From Bordetella parapertussis (GTDB lineage Bacteria > Pseudomonadota > Gammaproteobacteria > Burkholderiales > SG8-41): a stretch of 64,000 bases of DNA. The position numbers and the translations under genes were made by a program. Below the pieces are notes generated by a model, which was not told the origin of the DNA, did no database searches, and saw only the letters and a program-made list of their open reading frames with translations. Location of the stretch: positions 4,992 through 68,991 of the forward strand of contig CAMBCF010000005.1 of assembly GCA_945864585.1 (NCBI GenBank). Direction: 5' to 3'. This document shows positions 28,640 to 38,758 of the stretch, piece after piece (the stretch's first letter is position 1; every line of letters starts with the position of its first letter).

Positions 28640-29398
28640 CTATATGGTTTCAGCGTCGCCGGATTTCAAGCCCTCCAGTGTATCCAGCGCAAAGCAAAGG
28701 TCTTCCCAAGCCCGCGCTTTTTCCTGCAGACTGCGCAACAGGTACGCGGGATGATAGGTCACGATCAGCGGAATGCCGCGATACTGATGCACCGTGTTGC
28801 GCAAACTCGCGACGCTGGCCTCGCGCGCCAGCAGATTGGTGGCCGCCACCTTGCCCAGCGCCACGATCAGTTTGGGTTTGATCAGATCAATCTGCCGGTG
28901 TAAAAACGGTTCGCACGCGAGTGCTTCGCCGGATTCCGGATTGCGGTTGCCTGGCGGACGGCATTTCACGATGTTGGCGATATACACGTTGCTGCCGCGC
29001 TGCAACTGAATAGCCGCCAGCATGCTGTCGAGCAGCTTGCCGGCCTGACCGACAAAAGGCTCACCCTGTGCATCTTCATCGGCGCCGGGACCTTCGCCTA
29101 CGAACAGCCAATCGGCGTTTTCGTCGCCCACGCCAAAAACAGTCTGGTTGCGGCGGGCGTGCAACGCACATTGCGTGCATACCGCGACGCAGGCTTTGAG
29201 TTGTGGCCAATCCATGCGCATGATACCGGCGCGACGCTGATTGTCGTCTACTGCGATTGCCACAGGCACCACGCTTGCAGCGGCAGGCAGTAGCGCGGCA
29301 GCCGCGGGCGCTTCCACAGCACCACGCGCATGCCATTGCGGCGACAAATCCATTTCACGCAACATCAGTGCGCGGCGTTCGCTGGTGTTCATGGTCAT
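28640..29398 (-). CDS. family 4 uracil-DNA glycosylase
   Basis: 252 aa; ..CTQCALHARRNQTVFGVGDENADWLFVGEGPGADEDAQGEPFVGQAGKLLD.. Confidence 0.85.
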   Translation of the reverse strand: MTMNTSERRALMLREMDLSPQWHARGAVEAPAAAALLPAAASVVPVAIAVDDNQRRAGIMRMDWPQLKACVAVCTQCALHARRNQTVFGVGDENADWLFVGEGPGADEDAQGEPFVGQAGKLLDSMLAAIQLQRGSNVYIANIVKCRPPGNRNPESGEALACEPFLHRQIDLIKPKLIVALGKVAATNLLAREASVASLRNTVHQYRGIPLIVTYHPAYLLRSLQEKARAWEDLCFALDTLEGLKSGDAETI

Positions 29399-29868
29399 GG
29401 CTTGTATTCCAGCACAATCGCGTCTTCGCGTGCGCCGTCTTGATTGAAACCTGCAGGATAATAACCGCGCCGCACGCCGATCTCGCGAAAGCCCGCCTGC
29501 GTATACAACGCACGCGCTGCTGCGTTCGACACCCGCATTTCGAGAAACAGCACGCTCGATTCAATTTCTTTAATAGTGTCAATTAGATACAGCAACATCT
29601 CCCGCCCCAGCCCGCGCCGCTGCCACGCCGCCGCCACGCTCAGGTTGAGCAGATGCGCTTCATCCGCGCCCACCGCGAGCACCGCGTAGCCTACCGTTAC
29701 GCCATGCAGCTGCATGATCCAGCACAGGCTGCCGGCATGCAGCGAATCCACAAAATTGCCGCGCGTCCACGGGTGTGTATAAATCACGTTTTCGATGGCC
29801 ATCACGACCTCGAGATCCGCTTCGGTCATGCGGCGAAAGTGCGTCGCCGGATTCAGTCGCGCGCTCAT
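29395..29868 (-). CDS. rimI: ribosomal-protein-alanine N-acetyltransferase
   Basis: 157 aa GNAT; ..AAAWQRRGLGREML..; conserved tsaB-rimI order; 4-nt overlaps on both sides. Confidence 0.8.
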   Translation of the reverse strand: MSARLNPATHFRRMTEADLEVVMAIENVIYTHPWTRGNFVDSLHAGSLCWIMQLHGVTVGYAVLAVGADEAHLLNLSVAAAWQRRGLGREMLLYLIDTIKEIESSVLFLEMRVSNAAARALYTQAGFREIGVRRGYYPAGFNQDGAREDAIVLEYKP

Positions 29869-30554
29869 GGTGACGGTATTGATGCGCGTTCGTGCGTCAT
29901 CAAAGCGACTTTGTCGCGCACATACATTGGCGCGGCAAGCTCCGCGCGCACACCGCCACCGCTCGCAAAAACCGGTGCAGCGAGTATCGCGACTTCGCGC
30001 GCACGCGCGTGCAGCGTGTCGTTGATGCCGCGCAACTGCAGCCCGTAGCGTAACCGCAGTGCTTCACCATACACCGCGAATCCGTTACCGCAGCCCAGCC
30101 AGCCTGCACCCGGCAGCGGCGGCAAGGCGCTGGGCGCATACACGCCCGGCGCCTGCACGATGCACCAGGTGTCGTGGTGTTTTTCATACGCCGCGTGATA
30201 CACCTCGCGCATCCGGGCATCGACACAACACACCACGCGCGCGGCACCCGCCGCCTCGGCCAGCGCGTGCAGCGTGCCCACTGCAACCACCGGCTTATCG
30301 GCGCCCAGGGCCAACCCTTGCGTCACGCCGCACGCCACGCGCAGGCCGGTGAACGAACCCGGCCCGGCGCCAAACGCGATGCCGTCGATGGCGCTGAGTG
30401 TTTCGCCACAGGCGTGTAACAACGCATGCACCATGTCGAGCAGCAATCCCGATTGACGCTGCCCGGCGGGCACTTCGCGATCATCCACAGCACCGTCGCG
30501 CCACAGCGCCACAGAGCAAAAGTCGCCGGAGGTTTCCAGGGCCAGAATTTTCAA
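29865..30554 (-). CDS. tsaB: tRNA threonylcarbamoyladenosine biosynthesis protein TsaB
   Basis: 229 aa; MKILALETSGDFCSVAL...GPGSFTGLRV. Confidence 0.85.
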   Translation of the reverse strand: MKILALETSGDFCSVALWRDGAVDDREVPAGQRQSGLLLDMVHALLHACGETLSAIDGIAFGAGPGSFTGLRVACGVTQGLALGADKPVVAVGTLHALAEAAGAARVVCCVDARMREVYHAAYEKHHDTWCIVQAPGVYAPSALPPLPGAGWLGCGNGFAVYGEALRLRYGLQLRGINDTLHARAREVAILAAPVFASGGGVRAELAAPMYVRDKVALMTHERASIPSP

Positions 30555-30703
30555 GGTGAGCGCATTCCGATTTCTTGCATCGATTCTAGCAAAGTCACGC
30601 GCTTTTTACGTTGCGGATGTATCATAGAATGCGTGACGTGAGCGGCGTCTGTTGATGAGGTGCCGGCCCGTTGTCGGCGCCAAACTGCGAAAGAGGTAAT
30701 CCA

Positions 30704-31510
30704 ATGTCAGAAATAAAGTTGCGCCGGGCGCATCTCATTGCCGGTGGCTTTCCGCCCGGCTCAAGCGCCGGACACGACCACGACTATGCCCGCCTGCGGC
30801 TGCTGGGGCTGTTAGCCGAACGGGATCTTCAAGCTTCGGTCGCGAATGACTTCGCGGACATTGAAAAATGGCTGCCGGTCAGCCGCCTGCTCATCACCTA
30901 TGTGGCCGGCCCCTACCCGAACGCTGCGCAGTGCCACGCCATTCAGGCCTGGCTTACGGCAGGCGGCCACTGGCTGGGCTTGCATGGAACCAGCGGCGGC
31001 CGCGCCGAGCGGGTAGAGGGGGTGCGCCAACGCCGCACCGTAAAAACCGAACATCACGCCCTGCTCGGGAGCTTCTTCCTGACCCATCCCCCCTACTGCA
31101 AGTTTCGAGTCGATGTGAGCGACACCGGCCACCCGCTCACCCGCGGACTTGGCAAGTCATTCGAAGTCGAGGACGAACCCTACTTCATCGAACTGCAAGA
31201 CCCGGCTTCAACACGGATATTGCTCACTGCGGACTACGGGCCGGGCGCCGTATCACCCAGCATCGGGACCGCCTACGCCTCGGATACTTCTCTGCAACCC
31301 GACGGCAGGACTCGTGCGCTCGGCTACACCCGCGAGGTCGGCAACGGTGGCGTGACCTATTTTGCTCTCGGTCATTGCCACAATCCGGCCTCCCGCGCAG
31401 GCCGCACCGCCGACGCCTCGGACGCACAACCGCCCACATTGCGGGGGGCGTGGGACAGTGATGCGTTTGTTGTGCTGCTACGCAATGCGATTGCGTGGAC
31501 GACGGCATAA
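30704..31510 (+). CDS. ThuA-like domain protein
   Basis: ORF 30671-31510; start taken at MSEIKLRR (30704) after GAGG; ..LLITYVAGPYPN...GGHWLGLHGTSGG.. Confidence 0.5.
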   Translation: MSEIKLRRAHLIAGGFPPGSSAGHDHDYARLRLLGLLAERDLQASVANDFADIEKWLPVSRLLITYVAGPYPNAAQCHAIQAWLTAGGHWLGLHGTSGGRAERVEGVRQRRTVKTEHHALLGSFFLTHPPYCKFRVDVSDTGHPLTRGLGKSFEVEDEPYFIELQDPASTRILLTADYGPGAVSPSIGTAYASDTSLQPDGRTRALGYTREVGNGGVTYFALGHCHNPASRAGRTADASDAQPPTLRGAWDSDAFVVLLRNAIAWTTA

Positions 31511-31659
31511 CATTCCTCCCGCCTGGCGACGCAGTGTCACAATCTGGAATAGCTGATGACTTACGCTCCCTGTGTGATAGTCTATATTCAGACGGAAATC
31601 CGCAAAGCAGATTCCCGCGGGCCCTTAAGCAACGCTGATACAACCTAGGAGGAAGCCAA

Positions 31660-33372
31660 ATGTATGATCTCGTGATTCGTAACGGCACAGTAGTCGACGG
31701 AACAGGAATGCCGAAATATAAAGCGGACGTTGGCTTGATCGGCGATCGAATTGCCGCGATCGGGCGCATCGTCTCCCGCGGCAAAGAAGAAATTGATGCC
31801 ACCGGCCAGGTGGTTTCGCCGGGCTTTATCGACGGGCACACCCACATGGATGCTCAGGTGTTCTGGGATCCTCTGGGAAGCTGCTCTTGCTGGCACGGTG
31901 TCACCACCGTGGTCATGGGCAACTGCGGATTTACGCTGGCGCCGGGCTCCATCGACCAGCGTGACATGATCATCAGCAACATCGCGCGTGCAGAGGACAT
32001 CTCCTCAGACGCGATGGATGCTGCGATCCGCTGGGACTGGACATCCTTCCGCGAATACATGGATGCCGTGGACAAGCAGCCGAAGGCGATCAACTACGCC
32101 GCCAACGTCGGACACTCCGCGCTGCGCACGCATGTCATGGGCGCGCGCGCGTTCGAGCAGCAGGCCTCCGCCGATGACCTTGGCATGATGGAGCATAAAT
32201 TGCTCGACGCGCTCGACGCCGGCGCCATCGGCTTCACCAGTTCCCGTTCAACCGGCCACAAGCTGCCGGAACCGGACAACCGGCCCGTCGCATCGAATCA
32301 CGCTTCGTGGGAAGAACTGAGCCAGCTGGTATGCCTCATGGGCACAACGGGCCACGGTATTTTCGAATATTCCCGGGAGCGGGAGGCCCGTTCACCGGAC
32401 CCAGCAGTGCGCAAGGCCGTCAACGACAGGTTGCGCGAGCTTGCGGTGAAAAGCGGTGTGCCCATCACCTTCGGCCTGCCGGCAGGCAGCCACGGCACGC
32501 AGGATGCGTTGGCGCTGCTGGACAGCACGGCCGAGGCTGGCGGCCGCATGTTCGGGCAAACGCATACCCGCGGCATTTCCCACGTGTTGTCGTTCAAGGG
32601 GCGCCTGCAGTTTGATGATTTCGCCGAATGGGCACGAGTCCGCGCTTTGCCGGAAGACGAACAGCGCAAGATTTTTAGCGATCCGGAACAGCGCAAACAC
32701 CTGGTCGCTGCGACCAAGTCAGGCGTCTATCGAACCGGCGGCGGCGAGCCGCGCAAGCCCAACTACGACAAGATGTATGTCATGTACAGTGCGGTGTCGC
32801 GCAATCCCACCGTGGCGGAACTGGCGGCCCAGCGCAATGTAGATCCGGTGGAGGTCATGATGGACCTCGCTCTGGAAAGCAACTTCAATCAGTTGTTCAT
32901 GCAGTTTGATACCGCCACGGTGCCAAAAACTGAAGAGGAAGCGCTGACGACCTTGCGGCATCCGCGCACAGTGATGACGTTTTCCGATTCCGGTGCGCAT
33001 GTCAGCCTGATCATGGATTCGTCGATACACACGCACTTGCTGGCCTACTGGGTGCGCGAGCGCAAAGCGTTCACGCTGGAAGAAGGCGTGAAAATGATCA
33101 CCCTCACCCCGGCGATGGCCTGGGGCTTCACCGATCGCGGCATATTGCGCCAGGGTAGCATCGCCGACATCAACGTCTTCGATCCGGCGACGATTGCGCC
33201 GGAGATTCCGACCATCGAACATGACCTTCCGGCGGGCGCGCGCAGACTCAAGCAAAAGTCGAAGGGCATCATGGCCACCATTATTGCCGGCAAAGTGACA
33301 TTCAGGAATGGCGACCATACCGGCGCGCTGGGCGGAAAACTGCTGCGCTCGACTGCCGCGGGCGTGCAGTAA
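31660..33372 (+). CDS. N-acyl-D-amino-acid deacylase (D-aminoacylase) family amidohydrolase
   Basis: 570 aa; MYDLVIRNGTVVDGTG...VSPGFIDGHTHMD. Confidence 0.85.
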   Translation: MYDLVIRNGTVVDGTGMPKYKADVGLIGDRIAAIGRIVSRGKEEIDATGQVVSPGFIDGHTHMDAQVFWDPLGSCSCWHGVTTVVMGNCGFTLAPGSIDQRDMIISNIARAEDISSDAMDAAIRWDWTSFREYMDAVDKQPKAINYAANVGHSALRTHVMGARAFEQQASADDLGMMEHKLLDALDAGAIGFTSSRSTGHKLPEPDNRPVASNHASWEELSQLVCLMGTTGHGIFEYSREREARSPDPAVRKAVNDRLRELAVKSGVPITFGLPAGSHGTQDALALLDSTAEAGGRMFGQTHTRGISHVLSFKGRLQFDDFAEWARVRALPEDEQRKIFSDPEQRKHLVAATKSGVYRTGGGEPRKPNYDKMYVMYSAVSRNPTVAELAAQRNVDPVEVMMDLALESNFNQLFMQFDTATVPKTEEEALTTLRHPRTVMTFSDSGAHVSLIMDSSIHTHLLAYWVRERKAFTLEEGVKMITLTPAMAWGFTDRGILRQGSIADINVFDPATIAPEIPTIEHDLPAGARRLKQKSKGIMATIIAGKVTFRNGDHTGALGGKLLRSTAAGVQ

Positions 33373-33386
33373 GAACCGGGGCGTCC

Positions 33387-33414
33387 ATGCGCGCGGGTGT
33401 TTGCCCGCGCGCAT
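33387..33414 (+). terminator. 11-bp GC stem-loop after the D-aminoacylase gene
   Basis: ATGCGCGCGGG-tgtttg-CCCGCGCGCAT, 15 nt after the stop; no clear U-tract. Confidence 0.35.
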
Positions 33415-33583
33415 CACAGTGCCCCCGGCGCATGGGGGCGAGACGAAGTTGTCGCAACACGCCGTCTGGCTGGAACAACCATTGGAAGTTGCAGGCGCGG
33501 CGACATCCGTCGCTGTCGTTACGCAGCGCATCGAGTACGCCGCGCCATGAGCGGCGCGGTACCTCTACCCTGCTGACGCCACC

Positions 33584-34279
33584 CTACCGCAATCCGGCTA
33601 ATATCCCGAACACCTGCTGCATCGAGAAATCGTAGGTCTTCTGGTCGAATGCCGCACCGCCTCCCGCCATCATGTAGCCGTGCTGTATGCCGGGAAAAAT
33701 GTGCACCCCGACGTTTTTCATGCGCGCGGGCACGGCGCGGTAGGCTTCCTGCACCGGCGGCGGCGCGGCGTGATCCTGATCGCCCCAGATGATGCAGACC
33801 GGCTGCGTGACACCGTCGAGTTCCTTGATGTAATCGCCTAATTGCGTACCGTGGCACGAAATGCCAGCGCTGTAGCCGAGGCGTTTCGGGCCGAGGATCG
33901 CGTACGGGCCGCCGTAGCAAAACCCCATCGTGGCAGCGCGCCCGTTGAACTGCGGCAGCTTGCGCACCTCTGCTAGTGTGTCTGTCATATCGGCCTCGCC
34001 GGCCTCGATGACCTCGAGTCGCGGCAGCCCCCGCGGCGTCGAACGCGCATCGCCGCGCGCCAGCGGGCCTGGCACCGTGCGTGAGAACAGATCCGGTGCG
34101 GCCGCGATGTAGCCCTTGGCTGCGAAGGCGTCGGCGATGCCGCGCAGATCGGCATCCACGCCGTGTATCGCGCTGGCCAGCACAATCGCGGGCACTTTGC
34201 CCGGCGCATCCGGCGTAACCAGATAACAATCGAATGCGCCGCCGCCGCTGGATTTAATCTTGATGTCCTGCTGCTTCAT
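33584..34279 (-). CDS. dienelactone hydrolase family protein
   Basis: 231 aa; ..GKVPAIVLASAIHGVD...MGFCYGGPYA.. Confidence 0.85.
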   Translation of the reverse strand: MKQQDIKIKSSGGGAFDCYLVTPDAPGKVPAIVLASAIHGVDADLRGIADAFAAKGYIAAAPDLFSRTVPGPLARGDARSTPRGLPRLEVIEAGEADMTDTLAEVRKLPQFNGRAATMGFCYGGPYAILGPKRLGYSAGISCHGTQLGDYIKELDGVTQPVCIIWGDQDHAAPPPVQEAYRAVPARMKNVGVHIFPGIQHGYMMAGGGAAFDQKTYDFSMQQVFGILAGLR

Positions 34280-34411
34280 GACTCCCCCTGAATGGCTCTG
34301 TTGATGAACCGCGATATATTACCGCGACGGCGCGCGCCTGTGCGTATTTCACAATGTCGTGAGCAGTGATTTCACATCTGCCGCGCAGGCACAACACGCA
34401 CGTGCAGGAAA

Positions 34412-35254
34412 TTATTCGCTCGCGGCACCGTACTTACGCAAATAACTTTCATGCCGGAACAGGAAATCCGCGCCGACGATACGATGGTCGAACCCGTCCG
34501 GCCGGAACCGATAGTCGACAAATCCGACCTCGCGCGCGCCCCAGTGCAAAGTGGTGGGCGGAGAGTTTACGCAGGCGACGGACGGCCCCCACAGGTAATA
34601 AATACCGTCGAGCGAGAAGGACCGAGTTTGATGTTTGTGGCCCGAACTCACCAGGCGCACGCGGTGTTTATGGCACAGTTCGAGCAGGCGTGCGCGGCTG
34701 CCGGAGTCGATGCACGACTGGCGTAGCGTAAGATCATCATAATCCAGCTCCGATGGGTGATCGAGGAACAGCGGCTTGTGCAGAAACAGCGCAACCGGAC
34801 AATTTCTGAATCCTTCCAGCGTACGCGTCAGCCACATCCACTGCTCGGCTTCGGCGGCCTGGCCATCGCTGCCCAGCAGTTGCGAATTGAGCCCGACGAA
34901 ACCCCAGCCGGCGGCCTCGAATGCCCAGCGCTCCTCGCCAAAGTGGGCAGCGAAACGCGCACGCCGCGCATCATTGACGCGCTTCGCCATCTTGCCGGAG
35001 ATGACATTGTCGCCGATGTCATGATTGCCGGGCAGATAGCGGCAGGCTACGGCGAGCTGACCAATCTGCGCGCGCGCAAACACGTGATCCGCATCCTCGT
35101 CCGGATCGCCCATGACCAGGTCGCCGTTGGCAATAACCAGATCGGGTTGCTCGCGACCGATCCAGCGGACAACTTTCAGCCAATTGTCGAGATGATGCTC
35201 CTGACCGGCGCCCAGATGAATATCGGCCACCTGCACAACTCTGAATTCATTCAT
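34412..35254 (-). CDS. metallophosphoesterase (calcineurin-like)
   Basis: 280 aa; VVQVADIHLG...ANGDLV...LPGNHD. Confidence 0.85.
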   Translation of the reverse strand: MNEFRVVQVADIHLGAGQEHHLDNWLKVVRWIGREQPDLVIANGDLVMGDPDEDADHVFARAQIGQLAVACRYLPGNHDIGDNVISGKMAKRVNDARRARFAAHFGEERWAFEAAGWGFVGLNSQLLGSDGQAAEAEQWMWLTRTLEGFRNCPVALFLHKPLFLDHPSELDYDDLTLRQSCIDSGSRARLLELCHKHRVRLVSSGHKHQTRSFSLDGIYYLWGPSVACVNSPPTTLHWGAREVGFVDYRFRPDGFDHRIVGADFLFRHESYLRKYGAASE

Positions 35255-35365
35255 GGGTCACCGCTTCTTCGCTGGTATCGGACAATTATGGATAAATTAT
35301 ATTGCGGTGATTTTATTACCTATGCGCCGGAGTATTATGCAGCGATTCTTGCATAAGCGTTTATC

Positions 35366-36976
35366 GTGACGGAAAAATTTCAGGTAATCATCGTAGGCGG
35401 CGGGCCGGTGGGTGTGGGCCTTGCGGTGGCGCTGGGGCAACGCGGCATCTCCTGCGCCATAGTGGAGCGACGGCTCACGCCGCAACGCATCCCCAAGGGG
35501 CAAAATCTCACGCAGCGCACGCTGGAGCATTTTTATTTCTGGAACTGCGTGAAAGAACTGCGCGCCGCGCGCATCATGCCCACCGACGTGCCCACCAGCG
35601 GCGTCAGCGTCTACGGCAATTTGCTGAGCGAATTCTGGAGCGCACCCTCGCAGCGGGAGCTGGTGCAAAAATATTACTTTCAGGAATACGACCGGCTGCC
35701 GCAGTACTGCGCCGAAGCGGTGTTGCGCACGAGAATGGCAGCGCTCCCCTCAATCAAGTCATTTTTCGGCTGGAACGCGGAAAAGGTGGAGCAGGACGAG
35801 CATTCAGCGCGCGTTTGCATCACTGAAGCGAATGGCAGCGGGCGCCAGGTGCTGGAGGCCGATTACCTCGTCGGCTGCGACGGCGGCCACTCGCTCGTGC
35901 GCGAACAGGCCGGTATCGCGCGCAGCGGCGCCGACTTCGAGCAGAAAATGGTGCTGATGGTTTTTCGCTCGAAGGAACTGCAGGAGGGGCTCAAGCGCTT
36001 CCCGCTTAAATCCACCTACAACATCATGCATCCCGACCTCAACGGCTATTGGTTATTTTTCGGGCGCGTCGACATGGTCGATGGTTTTTTCTTTCACGCG
36101 CCGGTGCCCAATGAGTCGACTGCCGGGAATTACGATTTTCTCGGTCTGCTGCACCGTGCAGCCGGTTTCACGTTTGAGGTGGCGTTCGAGCATGTCGGTT
36201 TCTGGGACATGCGCGTCGCGGTCGCCGACGACTATCAGGCCGGGCGCGTTTTCATCGCCGGCGATGCCGCGCACAGCCATCCGCCGTATGGCGGTTTTGG
36301 TCTTAACAACGGCCTGGAGGATGCGGTAAATCTCAGCTGGAAACTGGCCGCGCATCTCGACGGCTGGGGCGGTAAGGCTTTGTTGCGCTCCTATAACGAA
36401 GAACGGCGCCCGGTGTTCGTCGACATCGGCCGTGATTTCATTTCCGCCCGCATCGAGGAAGACCGGGATTTTCTTGCGCGCTACAATCCGCAGCGGGACC
36501 GTGCCGAATTCGAACGCGCGTGGACGGAGCGCATGGCTCGCGTCAGCAGCAGGGCGCAGGTGTACGAGCCGAATTACGAAGGCTCCCCGGTGGTGATGGG
36601 GCCGCCGGGTGGCGTATGCAGTGCCCATGGCCATCACACCTTCACCGCGCGCGCCGGGCACCACCTGCCGCCTCACGTGCTTTCATCGGGTCACAATGTT
36701 TTCGAGGAACTCGGCGGCGGCTACACCCTGCTCGCGTTTGGTTTAAAGGACGGCGCGGATGACAGCGCGGGACAACGTGCAATTCGCGACTTCGAGCAGG
36801 CGGCACACTCGCTGAAGGTGCCGCTCACGGTAGTGCGCGACAGCGATAACAGCGGGCGCGAAACCTACGCCTCGAAACTCATCCTGGTGCGGCCCGATCA
36901 GTATGTAGCGTGGAACAGCGATACAGCGCCGCTGGATGCATGCGCCGTGGTGAGCAAAGTCGCTGGGCTAGTGTAG
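35366..36976 (+). CDS. FAD-dependent aromatic-ring monooxygenase (PheA/TfdB-like)
   Basis: 536 aa; VIIVGGGPVGVGLAVALGQRG...GDAAHSHPPYGGFGLNNGLEDAVNL. Confidence 0.85.
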   Translation: MTEKFQVIIVGGGPVGVGLAVALGQRGISCAIVERRLTPQRIPKGQNLTQRTLEHFYFWNCVKELRAARIMPTDVPTSGVSVYGNLLSEFWSAPSQRELVQKYYFQEYDRLPQYCAEAVLRTRMAALPSIKSFFGWNAEKVEQDEHSARVCITEANGSGRQVLEADYLVGCDGGHSLVREQAGIARSGADFEQKMVLMVFRSKELQEGLKRFPLKSTYNIMHPDLNGYWLFFGRVDMVDGFFFHAPVPNESTAGNYDFLGLLHRAAGFTFEVAFEHVGFWDMRVAVADDYQAGRVFIAGDAAHSHPPYGGFGLNNGLEDAVNLSWKLAAHLDGWGGKALLRSYNEERRPVFVDIGRDFISARIEEDRDFLARYNPQRDRAEFERAWTERMARVSSRAQVYEPNYEGSPVVMGPPGGVCSAHGHHTFTARAGHHLPPHVLSSGHNVFEELGGGYTLLAFGLKDGADDSAGQRAIRDFEQAAHSLKVPLTVVRDSDNSGRETYASKLILVRPDQYVAWNSDTAPLDACAVVSKVAGLV

Positions 36977-36990
36977 CCGCGTAACGGCCG

Positions 36991-38649
36991 TCAGAATCCG
37001 AGGGCGATCCCGCCGGGACGCGGATCACTGGCCCCGCGCAGCATGCCGTGCTCGCGATCGAGTTGTATCAACTGCACCGCGCCACCGCCCGACCATGCGC
37101 CTATCCTCTCGACACCATGGCCGAGGCCGGCAAGCGCGTCACATGCCGCTTGCGGTACGCGCTGCTCGATCTTGACCGCCGGTGTACCGCCCAGACTTCC
37201 CGGATCGGTACCCGGAAAGCTGTACCAGCGCGGCGCTTCGACCGCGTCCTGCAATGACATGCCGTGATCAATGACGCTGCTGATCACCTGCGTGCTCCAC
37301 TGCGTCTGCTGATCGCCGCCGGGCGTGCCGCCCACCAGCCACGGTTCACCGTTGCGGCAGATCAAATACGCATTCAGCGTGTGCATGGTGCGGCGGCCGG
37401 GTGCAATGACGTTGGGGTGATCTGGGTCGAGGCTGAAGCCGCGCCCGGCGCGGTTGTTAAGCGTGATGCCTGTTTCACCGCCGACCACACACGAACCAAA
37501 AGAATTCGACAGGCTGTGGATGAATGAAAGCGCGTTGCCGTCGCCATCGGCCACGGCAAAATAACTGGTGTCGCCATTGTGTTCGGGTAGCACTGCGCCC
37601 GCCGGCCACTGCGCGCGCCGCGGATCGATCAGCGCGCGGCGCGTGGCGGCGTGCCCTTTTGAAATCAGCTGTGCGAGCGGCCATTTCACAAAAGCCGGAT
37701 CACCCGCATAGCGGTTGCGGTCGGCGAACGCGAGCTTCTTCGCTTCGATCAGCAGATGCATGCGCTCGGCACTGTAGGGACTGAGCGACTTCAGATCAAA
37801 GCCTTCAACGATGTTGAGTTGTTCCAGCAGCACGAAACCCTGCGACGGCGGCGCGGTTTCGTGGATCATAAAACCGCGATAGTCGCTGGTGAGCGGCGCG
37901 TAAGTAACCGCCTGCTGTTGCGCAAAATCGCCGGCCTCGAATAAACCACCCTCGCTCTTGAAAAACGCGATCAGCTTTTCCGCAATCTCGCCGCGATAGA
38001 ACGCGTCGGCGCCGCCTTTCGCAACGATGCGCAGACTGCGCGCGAGATTCGGCGCGGCCCAGCGCTCGCCTGCAGCCGGCGCGCGCCCGTTGGGCAGAAA
38101 CTGTTTAGCGGACCATTCATACTGCGCCAGTTTGTCGGCGCTGTCAGCGTAGCGCCTGCTGATGTAATCGGTGATCGCAACACCGTTCTCCGCGAGTTGA
38201 ATCGCCGGCGCCCACAACTCCGCCCACGGCATCGTGCAGTAGCGCTTCCAGATCGCCTCGTAAACACTGACCGCACCGGGCACGCTCACGGCATGCACGC
38301 CGTGCAGCGGCATTTGTTTGTGCCCGCGGCTGGTGTAGTACTCGGCGGTCGCACCAGCCGCCGCCACGCCGCTGCCGTTGTAGGCGACCATTTCGCGTTT
38401 TTTTGCATCATGCAGTACCACGAATGCGTCGCCGCCGAGGCCGCATTTCATCGGCAGCACTACCCCCTCGGACGCGGCCACTGCAATCGCCGCGTCGAAA
38501 GCATTGCCGCCCCGTTGCAGCACGCTAAGCCCGATAAATGCCGCTGCCGGATGCGCGGAGGCAACCATGCCGCGCAGCCCGAATGCTTCAGGCCGTTGCC
38601 GCGTGCTGCTGCCTTCCGCCGCGCTGAGTCCCCATGATCCATCGTCCAT
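36991..38649 (-). CDS. gamma-glutamyltransferase family protein
   Basis: ORF 36991-38715; start taken at MDDGSWG (38649); ..GDTSYFAVADGDGNALSFIHSL.. (catalytic Thr region). Confidence 0.85.
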   Translation of the reverse strand: MDDGSWGLSAAEGSSTRQRPEAFGLRGMVASAHPAAAFIGLSVLQRGGNAFDAAIAVAASEGVVLPMKCGLGGDAFVVLHDAKKREMVAYNGSGVAAAGATAEYYTSRGHKQMPLHGVHAVSVPGAVSVYEAIWKRYCTMPWAELWAPAIQLAENGVAITDYISRRYADSADKLAQYEWSAKQFLPNGRAPAAGERWAAPNLARSLRIVAKGGADAFYRGEIAEKLIAFFKSEGGLFEAGDFAQQQAVTYAPLTSDYRGFMIHETAPPSQGFVLLEQLNIVEGFDLKSLSPYSAERMHLLIEAKKLAFADRNRYAGDPAFVKWPLAQLISKGHAATRRALIDPRRAQWPAGAVLPEHNGDTSYFAVADGDGNALSFIHSLSNSFGSCVVGGETGITLNNRAGRGFSLDPDHPNVIAPGRRTMHTLNAYLICRNGEPWLVGGTPGGDQQTQWSTQVISSVIDHGMSLQDAVEAPRWYSFPGTDPGSLGGTPAVKIEQRVPQAACDALAGLGHGVERIGAWSGGGAVQLIQLDREHGMLRGASDPRPGGIALGF

Positions 38650-38758
38650 TGCTGCCTCCTGTTGTCGCGACGTGCCTGCTTGACCGGCAGTATTTACTAC
38701 CGCGCGCCGCTGCACACTGCGTCAAAAAATACGCTACCGCGTACACGCCATGGCGACG

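Noticed and set aside
33519-34229. 236-aa Arg-rich ORF overlapping the dienelactone hydrolase gene
   Set aside because: It lies on the same strand as the hydrolase gene in another frame, with extreme Arg/Ala/Gly composition, whereas the 33584-34279 frame has clear hydrolase motifs.
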